A stretch of DNA of 64,000 nucleotides from a virus: IMG/VR virus record IMGVR_UViG_3300045988_107889, positions 1 to 64,000 of that record. One strand, 5' to 3'. Shown piece after piece: positions 10,155 through 20,425 of the stretch. Positions within the stretch are counted from its first letter, which is position 1. Every line of letters starts with the position of its first letter. Both the position numbers and the translations under genes were made by a program. The notes under the pieces are model-generated. The model worked only from the letters and a program-made list of their open reading frames with translations, had not been told where the DNA came from and searched no databases.

Positions 10155-10969
10155 TAGAACACCACCTTCCGTATCGGCCTGTAAATAATTTTTACGTCAC
10201 ACGGTATGGAGAAGGTAATAGTGTTTACGCGATCCGAATAAGAGTTATAGAGCCGGAAGAATGTGAAATTGAAATCGTTATAAATCTTTTTGTGGGAGGC
10301 TAGGGAAGAGGTGACAATCTTGTCTACGCAGTCCATTGTTATCTTTTCTCCAGCAGTGCAGCCGGTTATAAATGTAACCCGCCCTTCCAGATTATTAGTA
10401 ATAGAGAGATCCCCGTCCTGCTTACAAGTGACTTCTAAGAGGTCAGGATAAAGCACTCCAATCTCGTCCGAATCGTTTGTTATATTATAAGTTCCATTGG
10501 CGGCTTCTATAGAGAACGCAACAGTCGTAACTTTGCCAACACCAAACGGACGGTTAGTATTAAAGGTAAGGTTCAACCCAATAATATTTCCGGCAAACTC
10601 AATCTTCTCCACGTTGAAACTTCCCTGGAAGGTTATATCCTTCCACCCGTTTTCTTTTGGGTCAAGCAAAGCAAAGTCATAAAACCGTCTGCGGTTTAGC
10701 CAACGCATCAACTTGCGGTACTCATCCAAGGAAATCTCCTGGCCAGGCCCATCTGTGGTATTCTTGCAGATGCTAAATGTGGTAGAAAAACACTGCTCGT
10801 ACTCCGTGCCTGTTTGAGCATAATAAACCCCGCCATGTTGCTTGACGGAGTTAAAGGTAATCTCAGACCCTGCGGAGCTGCTGTCCGTGCCACCGCTATC
10901 AAACGTGCATACGATGTAGCCGAGGCTACTAAGTTGCACGCCATCATATATGAAATCTGTTGCTCTCAT
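10154..10969 (-). CDS. distal tail protein (Dit-like)
   Basis: 271 aa directly after the tape measure region. DFIYDGVQLSSLGYIV start is typical of siphovirus tail family proteins. Confidence 0.7.
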   Translation of the reverse strand: MRATDFIYDGVQLSSLGYIVCTFDSGGTDSSSAGSEITFNSVKQHGGVYYAQTGTEYEQCFSTTFSICKNTTDGPGQEISLDEYRKLMRWLNRRRFYDFALLDPKENGWKDITFQGSFNVEKIEFAGNIIGLNLTFNTNRPFGVGKVTTVAFSIEAANGTYNITNDSDEIGVLYPDLLEVTCKQDGDLSITNNLEGRVTFITGCTAGEKITMDCVDKIVTSSLASHKKIYNDFNFTFFRLYNSYSDRVNTITFSIPCDVKIIYRPIRKVVF

Positions 10970-10988
10970 ATAGTAACCTCCTGTTCTT

Positions 10989-11318
10989 TTATTCTGCTAC
11001 TGTCTGGTAGCGCCTATGAAACTCTCGTTCAATTTCTTTGAGCAGCCTAGCCATCTTTTTATTTAGCGCAGCATATTTATCGCTTTGCGCCGTCGCGTCT
11101 ACAATTGCTTTGGCTAGTTCCGCCTTTAGACTAGAGACTTCTTCACTCAGCGAGTCAATCTCGTTTAGTGAAGCAGAATACCGTGACTCGAACAATTCTT
11201 TTTCGGCCAGCACATTATCGTACTTCTCTCTCAGCCGTTCATACTTGTTCTTTTGAGCCTGATATCTTCTTTTATAATCCAAACCATTTCCTCCAATAAT
11301 GACGAACGGGAGCGGCAT
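10989..11318 (-). CDS. coiled-coil protein (start uncertain)
   Basis: 109-aa heptad-rich ORF. The annotated ATG lies inside a 28-bp palindrome (11305-11332). A TTG preceded by GGAGG ~30 nt downstream is an alternative start. Confidence 0.5.
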   Translation of the reverse strand: MPLPFVIIGGNGLDYKRRYQAQKNKYERLREKYDNVLAEKELFESRYSASLNEIDSLSEEVSSLKAELAKAIVDATAQSDKYAALNKKMARLLKEIEREFHRRYQTVAE

Positions 11319-11337
11319 ATGCCGCTCCCGTTTTCTA

Positions 11338-14300
11338 TTACCATTTAATATTATTTTTTCCTTTTGCGTTTTTGCCCACTAGCCTGTCTACAGTCATCGC
11401 CTGAACCAGCTTTTCAAACTTAGGATCAGATCGTGCCGAGTTCATGAAGTCATTATAATTTGACACATTCGGAAGAACGATCTCCATATCGATAGAATTC
11501 TTGATATCGCCACCAGTGTTACCAGGAACTTTAGCAACCGGCCAATTAACACCGAAGTTCATAGCGCGGGCGATGAAGTTACGGGGGTTGTTCGCCATAT
11601 CCCAGATGTTGGATGTAGCATCTCGATTCAAAACACTATCACCCCTCTTGAGCTGGGTAAGCAAAGCACCGTCAGATTTACGGATAATAGTTTCCGGGCC
11701 GTTCTCCTGAGTCCATGCAAACTCATCACGGGGGACACCCTGCACGCCAGAGGCATAGCCACGTTTCTTCATCCACGCAATCAGCTGCTTGTTGTACTTA
11801 CCGCCAATCTTTTCGTATTTCTTTCCGTACTTCTTCTCAAAGCCCATCTTTTTGAAATACTCATTTCGCGCCTTCATTGACCAGTCATAGTCTTTATACT
11901 TCAATCTATGGATGAAGTATTTGTTAGGCTTTAATTTCTTCTTGTTGCCGGTGTACTTCTTCTTATAGAAGATTCCGTCCATTTTTTTATCATCTGTCGG
12001 AGTTTTTGTTGTAGTTGTACTACCCCCACCAGTATTTGATTTCGGAGTGCCCTTGCCCTCGTCAGTCTGATTTTCGACATCCTTGACATCCCCGGCGGCG
12101 TCAGAATCACCATTAGAATATAGACGAGCAACATACTCTTTGATCTCATTTAGAATGCCGTTTAAAGTAGTACACTCTTCGCTAAAGCTATCACTGTAAT
12201 TAGCCAGTACGTCCTTAGAACTGTTCTCGCCCCAAATAGTCTTCATCGAATCGGATAGAGTGGCCCCGACATCTTCGGTCGCACTAGTAATTGTATCAGC
12301 AACTGTTGCCGCGTTCTTATTCGCAGACTCAATTGCGTCGGATAACAACTTGTCTATATCATCAAGACGCTCATTTATAAACTCCTCGAAGTTATCAACG
12401 AGGTCGTCCAGAAGCTCTTTCGTATCAGATACATACTTGTCATACTGAGTGTCTTGCAGGTCGTCCTTTGCTTCCTTTAGGTCGTTCTTCAACTGCTGTA
12501 CAGTCTTCTTAGACTCCTCTGAAGTATCACCGGAATAAGCAGATAGCTGCTTCTCTAGTTTTGATATATTCTTGACCTGTTCGTCAATGTTCTTTTGGTA
12601 GTCATACAGATCCTTTGCACTATCTAACGCCTTTTCGTACTCATCAATAGTGTCTTTCAGAGAATCCAACAAAGCGTCGAACCCGTCCTCGGCTAAGTCT
12701 TTTAGCGCATCCTTCTCGTCATTTGCCGCCAGAATAGCATCTCTATGTGATTCAATCAAGTCCTCACGACGCTCTAAAAGCTTTGTGTTATATGGATCAT
12801 TGGCAATGGATTTATTGATCTCAGCAATAGCCTTGGCGTACTGATCAGCCTGTGCCATATACACATCGTAGTTCTGAGCGTGTAGCGCTTTAGTAGCGAT
12901 ACCTTCGTTAGTAATTGCTCCGTTGTCATCATACAGATCCTTCTCGCTCATTAAGTCAATAAGGAAGTTTGCCTCATCTGTTAGCTTTGAGAATCCATCC
13001 TGCATGTCATCAAACTTATCCCAGTCTAACTGCCGCAACTCATTTCTATATTTTGCTAACGCTTCGTCCGCCTCAATAATAGAAGTTGTGAGCTGGTCAA
13101 TCTCGTGTCGCATATCATACCATGCTTCGGAGCCAATTTTCACAGACCCAGAATCAACAGCTTCATTCAGCTTTTTAACGAGACCAGCCCGTTTCGCCAC
13201 AAGTCTATTTTGATTCTTGGCCTCATACTTAATCAAGGCGTCGTAATACTTAGAACTTGCTTTGTAACCCGCCTCCTCATAAAAGTCAATAGAGGCTTGG
13301 AACGCTTCTTGGTAATCCTTTGCGCGGTCAATAGTGTTCTGCGCTTTAGTGGAATAGTTATCGAAGATTTCTTTATAAGCGTCGGCGACAGTTACTTTTA
13401 GCTCCGCTACCTGCTTCTTGCAGTCTTGAGCTTTATTATACCACTCTTGATATTGGCTGATCTTTTCTTTCAATTTCTTGTTGGAGATCTTGTCAATATC
13501 AATCGCGCCGTTCTGAACTTTCTTCTTGTATGATTTGTTCAGGCCAACAGCATTTGCCTTCTTAATATAATAGTTATAAGCCTTGCCTTGCGTAACAATC
13601 TCTTTGTTTACATTTCCGATATTTGTCTTTAAGGCTTTATTTCTATCTGTCATCGTTTGATAAGCACTATCGGCTGTTACTTTGACAAGCTCAATAGCTT
13701 CTTCAATCCGCTGAAGCTTAACCTCTACCCAGTCGAAAAACTCGGCGTCTGATTTCGAGCCAGAACCTTTTTTCTTGCCAGAGGACTTCTTTTTGCTAGA
13801 AGACTTCTTTTTGTTTTTCTTGTTGGAGTTAGACTTAGAAGACGAACTTCTTGACTTTAAACTGCTATTACCACGGACACCAGGGTTCGGGTTACCAAAG
13901 TTCTTCTTTCCGCCAGTGGTACTGCCAGCAAAAGCAGTACCGTCCGCCATAGCTGTCTTGCCGCGCGTGTCGGAGCCGCGTAGCTGACCTTTCTTAAAAA
14001 GTTCCTCTGTTTGCGCGGCGTTAAAGATTATATCGTGAGAACGATAGTCAAAGAACTCTGCACCGTCCTGCCCGATTATATAAAATGAACCATCCCTTAC
14101 CAGCAACTCTGGGCCGACCTCACCGCCTAAAGCAGTACCGGAACCTCCAGCGCCCCAAAAACCAGATGTGCCTTGAGCAAAAGCAGTGCCATTAGCTTTA
14201 GAGCCATTGCTTCTCAATCTCTGAGATGCACCCATATAGTATTTAGCTCTATTTATACTAGTAGAGGCCCCATTATATCTATTCGAATTACCCGTGCTAG

Positions 14301-17300
14301 GCCCTGCTGTCTTCTTGATGGTGTTGACAGTGTGATTCTCGACATAATTTGTGGTGATAGTCTTAGTTACATTCGGCTTTCGACTAGCTGTGTCTATCGC
14401 TGAATTGTAATTATGAACCTTTTGGGTAGCTTCTTCTGCGCCGGTGACGGTTACTTTAGTATTAACAGTGTTTTCTTTCGATCCATCACCTTGTTTCGAC
14501 GCATCAGAAGATGGTGTATATATCTTCCTGTTACCTGTTTCAGTCCGAACTTGCACAGTAACATTTTGTCCTTCGAATTCTTTTCTTATCCGCTCGACTG
14601 CACCAGGTTCCACTTCCGGAGAAACAAAAATTACCTTTCCAGTCTCGTCAGAAACAAAAGTTCCAATACCCGTTTCGGCATCTATAGTGTCAACACCTAC
14701 TGATAGGACTATTTTCTTGCCGCTATCTTTTTCAACCTGAGCGATATAATCATTTACGCTTTTATTCTCTGATTTTGCGGCACTTTTGACAGCGGATTCA
14801 TCTACCTGTAAATATCCTCCACCTATATCTGTATAAAGAATTTTGTTATAGGATTCTTGATATTTCTTAGCAAAATCCTCGACGGACATCCCAGCAACTT
14901 CTGCTGCTTTAGCTACAGCCTCATAAGAAGCAACCGTGTATTTTGAACCATCCTGCATAGAGGTTCCGAGTTGTTGGGAATATTTTGCGATTCGCTCCAG
15001 GTAGGTCATCCCAGCGTCATCAGACCAGTCTATATCAATATAGTTTCCTGCGGCGGCAAGTAAAGACTCAAAACCATCCGTCGATAGGCCAATAGCTTCA
15101 GCCACTTCTTTAAAATGGCTGACCGGGATATCCCAGTCATAATTCCCGTTTTCATCTTTTGTGAAAGAGTCGCCGTACTTCTGCAAGACGCTTTGTACAT
15201 CTTTGTCAGAACTCATTTTGTCGAAGAATGCTTGTACGCCGGACGCAGCTAAATTACCATCCGCATCTCTATTTCTGTATACTGAGTCGAATTCTTTGAG
15301 TAACTTTTGGGCTTCTTTTCTTTTCTCCGCAATATTGTTTATATTAACATCATCGAACCCTGCAAAATTTTCCTTCATGAAGCCCCAGTACATATCGTTA
15401 CCAAGCCCCGTCATGCCAGTCTTCTGATACTGCATCATATTATCATATGCCTTTACAGTCTCATCGTATGGAGCGTAAGACTTCGACATATTTTGATAAT
15501 TCTGCATACTCTTCCCGAAGGAGATCACGTCTTGCAAGACGTAACCGTACTGTTCTTCAGAAGATAATGCACGGTCAGTAGCGTCTGCCAGGTTATTGTA
15601 GTAATCACAGAGTTGCTGTGCGGTGATGCCGTGCATTTGCATAAAGGTGTCTAGCTCGTCGAATTCACCGGCAAGTGCCAAGATAGATTGCTCAGTCACA
15701 TCTCCGGCGTCACCAAGGTTATAGAAGTCATCAATTAGGGATGACAAAGTTCCGTCTGCTGCAAAACCATCGCCGATAATTTCTTCGATGGTTTTCCCTT
15801 CAGCGGCATCCATTGCTTGTATGTATGCGGCCTCCGATTCCCGGAGTAGGTCAACATATTTCTGTTCTTCAGGTGTTGCTGCTTCAAAACCGCTTAACGT
15901 ATCTTCGATAACAGAGACGTACTCTTGAGCGGCTGTTTGAGCAGCTTCAAGCTGCTGTTCATTCATATCAAGATTCGCAGAAATATTTTGCTTCGCCTCA
16001 TTTGACAAACCCGGATCTGCTAATTTTTCTTTACATTTATCAACACGTTCAGTGTATTTAAGAATATCTTCAGACGCGGCGAGGAGTCTTTCCCCAAGAA
16101 GGCCATCATAATTTCCAGAGAAAGCTGCCGATAGGGAATCCCATGCGCCGCCACTGGACGTTATAACACTTAGCGCGTCGTCATGTACTTTCTTAGATTC
16201 TGTCTCTGCTACTTCCTTTTTATACGCAAGCGTACGTCGGAGTTCCTCGTTCTCCCTTTGAAGTTTTGCGACTGTACCTTCGTCAGTAAGATTCGTATAC
16301 CCCTGATCTCGGATATTATCAATGATCTTCTGATTGGCGTCTATCTGCGTTTTTGTATTATCTACATCCGCCTGGGCCGCCTTATAAGACTCTGTTGATG
16401 CTTGCAGCTTTTCAATCTTACTGTCAAGAGACTCGGCCTTCATTGCGGTGACGCCAAACGCAGTAGCCAATGCACCAACGGCGACTACTGCGTCTGCAAC
16501 AGGATGAGCTGATATAACACCCCACAGACCACTAATTGCTCCTTTGGCCTTATCAACTCCGGCTAAAGTTTTTCCAGCGAGTATTCCACTAAAAGAATCT
16601 TTATTGTCGCCAGTAGCAAGCTGCTTAATTATATCCGCCCCGCCCTTTGCGAGCTTAACGCTCGCCACACCAGCAAGCGCAGTTTCAGCTACGGTTGCGA
16701 CAGGGCCGAGTTGATGGAACAGCTCTATTGCTTCGTTTAGAAACCCTAAGATACCTGTGCCGCCAGACACTACGCCTTTTACGAGATCAGAATTTATAGT
16801 GTTGTAAGACAGCTCTTCAAACTGCTCTTTAAACTGACCAACCTTACCGGAGATTGAGTCCATAACGACCTCATTAGCTGCTTCAGTTTCTCCGGAAGCA
16901 CTCAGCGCTTCGTCATAAGCGCCAGTCAAGTCCTTTAGGTTAGTGATAATGCCAGCAACAACGTTGGACTGATTCTTACCAGCGATGCGCTCAAGCAATG
17001 CTGCCTGGTCTGTATCAGACATCTTATCCCAAACGCTTGCAATCTCTACCATGATATCGTAAATCGACTTATAGGTAGTGGCGTTTTCCATAATATCAAC
17101 GCCAGACAACGCTTTAATTTCTGCGCGATATTTTGCAGCGGATGTCGCAACATCGTCGTAGTCTTCACCAAGTTCTTCGAGTTCAGGCTTAGATGTGCGG
17201 ATTCTTGCGGACATTGTTTTTAAAGCTGTGCCCGTTTTAATTGGGTCCTGAATTGCGGCGTTTCCGGCTGCCGCGAGGGCAACAGATTCTTCGAAGGATG

Positions 17301-18807
17301 TGTTAGCTACGTTAAGAGCCGCACCACCACGCTCCAGAGCAGTCATTAGTTCTTCTGCGCTAATAGCATAATCTTTACCGACTTTAGCCAAAACGTCAGA
17401 AACACGAGTGGCATCAGAAGCTTCAAGACCGTAGCCCTTAATAATAGAAGTTAAACCAGTCGTTGACGCACTCACTGTCGTGTCGGCAACATTTGACATG
17501 ATAGTTGCAGCATCAGCAAGAGTAGAGGCGTCTTCTAATCCATAGCCAAGACGGGTGAATGTCTCGACAGACCCAAGAACCTCTGTGACACTGTGCCCCA
17601 TATTATATGCTGAGTCTGCCGCCCTCTGGAAGAACGAGTCGAGTTCTGAGCCGCTCTTTCCAGTGACAATGGTAAGCTGAGTTAGCGCGTCATTGATATC
17701 CCTAACAGCGGTAACCATTTCCGTGGCAACTTGTTTCGCCTTATTAAAAGCACCTTGGATTGCTTCAGCAGCTGTCACGCCTTGCGCTATAGAAAGAACT
17801 TCTGATTTGAAGCCAGTCCCGGCGTTGCTCTGCCTGTAGTCTATCCCAGCAATGCCAGAGATGATTTTCTTCAGATCCGACTTACTGTACGACCCAGCTT
17901 CAACGATTGACTCAAGCTGCGCCTTATAAGATTTTAGGTTATTAACATCAGCATCATCCAGCAACGACAGCTTCTTTGGTTGATCTATGCTAGATATTTT
18001 CTTCAAAAGATTGTATACGGGGGTCAAATCGTTAGATGTGTCTTTAACCGAAGCAGAAAGCCCGTCCATTACACCCTTAGCAGCCGCAATGGCTGTTCTC
18101 GCTGAGGACTCAACTTTGCCAAAACTTTCAGCAGATACTGTTCCTAATTGGTTGAGCTGATAAATCGCGCTTTCCGCTTTTTTTAGCTCAGCTTCTACTC
18201 CTGTAGTATTTACCCCTGATGTGCCATACTTAGCTGTTTTTTCGCGGATAGCATCGACCTGTTTTTGAAGTGCTGCAGCTACTTTGTTTGGAATAGCAGT
18301 ATCTTCCAACCCTCTGGTTCTAGCCGCATTTTGTATTGCGGCGACTTTGTTTTTGCTGTTAGCAAACCTACCTCTATCGTAAGAGCCAGTCTGAATCGCG
18401 CTCCTAACAAGTCCGGCTAACACCCTCTTCTCGCTGGACAAATCGCTAGACAACGATTTGTCTTTCTGTACAGACGGATTTTTACGAACGTAATCTACGA
18501 GATTTTTATAATACTTAACAAGAGGCTCGATATTTGTAGCGGACGACTTTTTGCTTCCAGATCTACCAGCATTGCCAGAACCTCCGCTGCCTCGACTACC
18601 CTTGCCGTTGATCTTTATGTCGTCTATGTTTAGAACTAAATTTTTTGCTGCGGCATTGACAGCGTTCTGTAACCTCTTAGTATCAATTACGGGCAGGAGA
18701 TTTACCTGCACGCCGTTCTTTGCAGCAGCCGCACTAGCAGCAGCTTTCAAAGCACTACTATCAAATTCAGGTATAAGTTTTACCTTTACGCCAAATTCTT
18801 CCGCCAC
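11338..18807 (-). CDS. tail tape measure protein (2489 aa)
   Basis: Giant alpha-helical ORF between the chaperone-like genes and Dit. Core TIVTGKSGSELDSFFQRAADSAYNMGHS... is typical of TP901-type TMP regions. Contains a Lys/Ser low-complexity tract. Confidence 0.9.
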   Translation of the reverse strand: MAEEFGVKVKLIPEFDSSALKAAASAAAAKNGVQVNLLPVIDTKRLQNAVNAAAKNLVLNIDDIKINGKGSRGSGGSGNAGRSGSKKSSATNIEPLVKYYKNLVDYVRKNPSVQKDKSLSSDLSSEKRVLAGLVRSAIQTGSYDRGRFANSKNKVAAIQNAARTRGLEDTAIPNKVAAALQKQVDAIREKTAKYGTSGVNTTGVEAELKKAESAIYQLNQLGTVSAESFGKVESSARTAIAAAKGVMDGLSASVKDTSNDLTPVYNLLKKISSIDQPKKLSLLDDADVNNLKSYKAQLESIVEAGSYSKSDLKKIISGIAGIDYRQSNAGTGFKSEVLSIAQGVTAAEAIQGAFNKAKQVATEMVTAVRDINDALTQLTIVTGKSGSELDSFFQRAADSAYNMGHSVTEVLGSVETFTRLGYGLEDASTLADAATIMSNVADTTVSASTTGLTSIIKGYGLEASDATRVSDVLAKVGKDYAISAEELMTALERGGAALNVANTSFEESVALAAAGNAAIQDPIKTGTALKTMSARIRTSKPELEELGEDYDDVATSAAKYRAEIKALSGVDIMENATTYKSIYDIMVEIASVWDKMSDTDQAALLERIAGKNQSNVVAGIITNLKDLTGAYDEALSASGETEAANEVVMDSISGKVGQFKEQFEELSYNTINSDLVKGVVSGGTGILGFLNEAIELFHQLGPVATVAETALAGVASVKLAKGGADIIKQLATGDNKDSFSGILAGKTLAGVDKAKGAISGLWGVISAHPVADAVVAVGALATAFGVTAMKAESLDSKIEKLQASTESYKAAQADVDNTKTQIDANQKIIDNIRDQGYTNLTDEGTVAKLQRENEELRRTLAYKKEVAETESKKVHDDALSVITSSGGAWDSLSAAFSGNYDGLLGERLLAASEDILKYTERVDKCKEKLADPGLSNEAKQNISANLDMNEQQLEAAQTAAQEYVSVIEDTLSGFEAATPEEQKYVDLLRESEAAYIQAMDAAEGKTIEEIIGDGFAADGTLSSLIDDFYNLGDAGDVTEQSILALAGEFDELDTFMQMHGITAQQLCDYYNNLADATDRALSSEEQYGYVLQDVISFGKSMQNYQNMSKSYAPYDETVKAYDNMMQYQKTGMTGLGNDMYWGFMKENFAGFDDVNINNIAEKRKEAQKLLKEFDSVYRNRDADGNLAASGVQAFFDKMSSDKDVQSVLQKYGDSFTKDENGNYDWDIPVSHFKEVAEAIGLSTDGFESLLAAAGNYIDIDWSDDAGMTYLERIAKYSQQLGTSMQDGSKYTVASYEAVAKAAEVAGMSVEDFAKKYQESYNKILYTDIGGGYLQVDESAVKSAAKSENKSVNDYIAQVEKDSGKKIVLSVGVDTIDAETGIGTFVSDETGKVIFVSPEVEPGAVERIRKEFEGQNVTVQVRTETGNRKIYTPSSDASKQGDGSKENTVNTKVTVTGAEEATQKVHNYNSAIDTASRKPNVTKTITTNYVENHTVNTIKKTAGPSTGNSNRYNGASTSINRAKYYMGASQRLRSNGSKANGTAFAQGTSGFWGAGGSGTALGGEVGPELLVRDGSFYIIGQDGAEFFDYRSHDIIFNAAQTEELFKKGQLRGSDTRGKTAMADGTAFAGSTTGGKKNFGNPNPGVRGNSSLKSRSSSSKSNSNKKNKKKSSSKKKSSGKKKGSGSKSDAEFFDWVEVKLQRIEEAIELVKVTADSAYQTMTDRNKALKTNIGNVNKEIVTQGKAYNYYIKKANAVGLNKSYKKKVQNGAIDIDKISNKKLKEKISQYQEWYNKAQDCKKQVAELKVTVADAYKEIFDNYSTKAQNTIDRAKDYQEAFQASIDFYEEAGYKASSKYYDALIKYEAKNQNRLVAKRAGLVKKLNEAVDSGSVKIGSEAWYDMRHEIDQLTTSIIEADEALAKYRNELRQLDWDKFDDMQDGFSKLTDEANFLIDLMSEKDLYDDNGAITNEGIATKALHAQNYDVYMAQADQYAKAIAEINKSIANDPYNTKLLERREDLIESHRDAILAANDEKDALKDLAEDGFDALLDSLKDTIDEYEKALDSAKDLYDYQKNIDEQVKNISKLEKQLSAYSGDTSEESKKTVQQLKNDLKEAKDDLQDTQYDKYVSDTKELLDDLVDNFEEFINERLDDIDKLLSDAIESANKNAATVADTITSATEDVGATLSDSMKTIWGENSSKDVLANYSDSFSEECTTLNGILNEIKEYVARLYSNGDSDAAGDVKDVENQTDEGKGTPKSNTGGGSTTTTKTPTDDKKMDGIFYKKKYTGNKKKLKPNKYFIHRLKYKDYDWSMKARNEYFKKMGFEKKYGKKYEKIGGKYNKQLIAWMKKRGYASGVQGVPRDEFAWTQENGPETIIRKSDGALLTQLKRGDSVLNRDATSNIWDMANNPRNFIARAMNFGVNWPVAKVPGNTGGDIKNSIDMEIVLPNVSNYNDFMNSARSDPKFEKLVQAMTVDRLVGKNAKGKNNIKW

Positions 18808-18825
18808 GATCTCACCACCTTGATA

Positions 18826-19254
18826 TTATCCAAATTTAGAACGAAGGACGTCGATGACTTTTTTATCGACGTCCTTTTGTGCGTTATCTATATAGGGCCT
18901 GGCAAATGCTTTTTTCCACATGCCATTTTTGTTTCCTTGCGCCCCTGTATTTATAATAAAACTTAGGTCTGTACCAGACGGTTGGTAGCCTGGAAACACC
19001 GGCGTGTTACCCGGAGTCTCATCCGTCACCAAAAGTGACAGGTCTTCCTCGTAATGTTTCAGGTTCGCTCCAGACTGCATCATACCTCTGCGTGTATACC
19101 ATTCAGGACTGTACGAATAGACGTCCGAGTTGATATGTTCCTTTATAATATCATCCACCATAGTTGGGATTTCGTTATGTACGACGTCTCTAAGCTCTTC
19201 CATTATGTGTGCTTTAAGGGCTGCAATGCTATCAAACACTATCACCATTATCAC
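18826..19254 (-). CDS. hypothetical protein upstream of the tape measure gene
   Basis: 142-aa ORF occupying the position of the second tail chaperone gene. No slippery site seen. Confidence 0.5.
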   Translation of the reverse strand: MIMVIVFDSIAALKAHIMEELRDVVHNEIPTMVDDIIKEHINSDVYSYSPEWYTRRGMMQSGANLKHYEEDLSLLVTDETPGNTPVFPGYQPSGTDLSFIINTGAQGNKNGMWKKAFARPYIDNAQKDVDKKVIDVLRSKFG

Positions 19255-19870
19255 CTTGTTCAGCTACATACTTGCTAAAATTTTCTGCTAGCGCACCAAC
19301 ACTTGCCTTTAAAGATTCAGCGTTCTTTGAAAAGACAGAAATGATTTCAGACAGATCGCTGCCCATAACCTCCTTAAATACAAGGGACACCTCGTTGTAT
19401 TTCTGAGTAACGAACTTTAGCATTGATAGAGCTTCATTTAGCTCTCTTTCTCTTGTGCTATTGATCTTGTTAATCCGCGCTTGCAGCTGCTCCTCAAACG
19501 CATTCTCAAAAATGAATAGCTGATTCTCATTTACATTATCAAGCACTTTGTCATAAACATCTGTTACGGTGACAAGAAAAAATTCTGATTCTGCGTCCGC
19601 CTCATCAAAATCAATATCGGTAAACGCGACTAGTACAGCGTGCATGTACGCAATATCTTTAAGCCATGGGAGATATTCATCGTCATCAAAACAAGAATCA
19701 ACGCCAGCCGCTACGGCTGCAACAAACTGATTCGCAGTAATATTCTTTTTAACATGGAACACAACCTCATCGCCAATCTCAATAGCCGTCTCGTTAGCTG
19801 AATTATCTTGCCTTTTAAAGTATTTATTTAAAGCATCAACACTGATGCACTTGTTTTCTTTTTTACTCAT
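19232..19870 (-). CDS. acidic tail assembly chaperone-like protein
   Basis: Start reassigned to MSKKENK (ATG 19870), preceded by gaaaggg. Acidic and helical, located between the major tail and tape measure genes. Confidence 0.5.
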   Translation of the reverse strand: MSKKENKCISVDALNKYFKRQDNSANETAIEIGDEVVFHVKKNITANQFVAAVAAGVDSCFDDDEYLPWLKDIAYMHAVLVAFTDIDFDEADAESEFFLVTVTDVYDKVLDNVNENQLFIFENAFEEQLQARINKINSTRERELNEALSMLKFVTQKYNEVSLVFKEVMGSDLSEIISVFSKNAESLKASVGALAENFSKYVAEQGDNGDSV

Positions 19871-19880
19871 AATTACCCTT

Positions 19881-20354
19881 TCATTCGTTAGACGGCGTAG
19901 CAAAATGTGACAACCCGATGCAAATTGCATCTGCTTCGTCCGGCCCAACATCTTTATCCAATTTGTCCTTTACGTAGGCAATCGCCTGCTGTTTTAACTC
20001 TTTGCTCTTGACGCCTTTTCCCTGATGAAAACCTAATTTCTTTCTCCAGGCCGTCGGCAAGATGCAATAGAACTCAATGTCGTGATAGTAGCACCACGCC
20101 ATGATCGCCCCTTGTATCCGGGCTAAAGATTTATACGTGCTTACGTTTACTTGTTTTTGTATGTCCTCAAACACCACCAAATCTGTGTTTGAAGTTGCTA
20201 TAATGTAACAAAGACTGGTCATCATATACCCAATTCGCCTTTCGGCGTCTTTGTCTTTGCTTAAATCAATGACGCCCGATTCAACGCAGACGCCATCTTC
20301 CAATATGGCGTACCCGCTAATAGCAGTCGCCTGATCTAACGCGAGTATACGCAT
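19881..20354 (-). CDS. ruvC: RuvC-like Holliday junction resolvase
   Basis: MRILALDQATAISGYAIL (catalytic Asp), VVFEDIQ (Glu) and GPDEADAICIG (DxxD) match the RuvC catalytic tetrad layout. 157 aa. Confidence 0.8.
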   Translation of the reverse strand: MRILALDQATAISGYAILEDGVCVESGVIDLSKDKDAERRIGYMMTSLCYIIATSNTDLVVFEDIQKQVNVSTYKSLARIQGAIMAWCYYHDIEFYCILPTAWRKKLGFHQGKGVKSKELKQQAIAYVKDKLDKDVGPDEADAICIGLSHFATPSNE

Positions 20355-20425
20355 AATTCCTCCTAGGTTAAAAATAGGGGTACGGAATACTCCGTACCCC
20401 TAGGATAGGTATGGATAGAATCCGA

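Noticed and set aside
11305-11332. 28-bp palindrome aacgggagcggcatatgccgctcccgtt between the tape measure and the next gene, considered as a terminator.
   Set aside because: The T-run follows it only on the plus (non-coding) strand. On the minus strand it overlaps the next gene's annotated start, so its function is unclear (possibly translational control).
19225-19260. Programmed frameshift joining the two chaperone-position ORFs upstream of the tape measure gene.
   Set aside because: The downstream frame is +1 rather than the usual -1. No slippery heptamer is visible in the 23-nt overlap, and the second ORF has its own plausible start.
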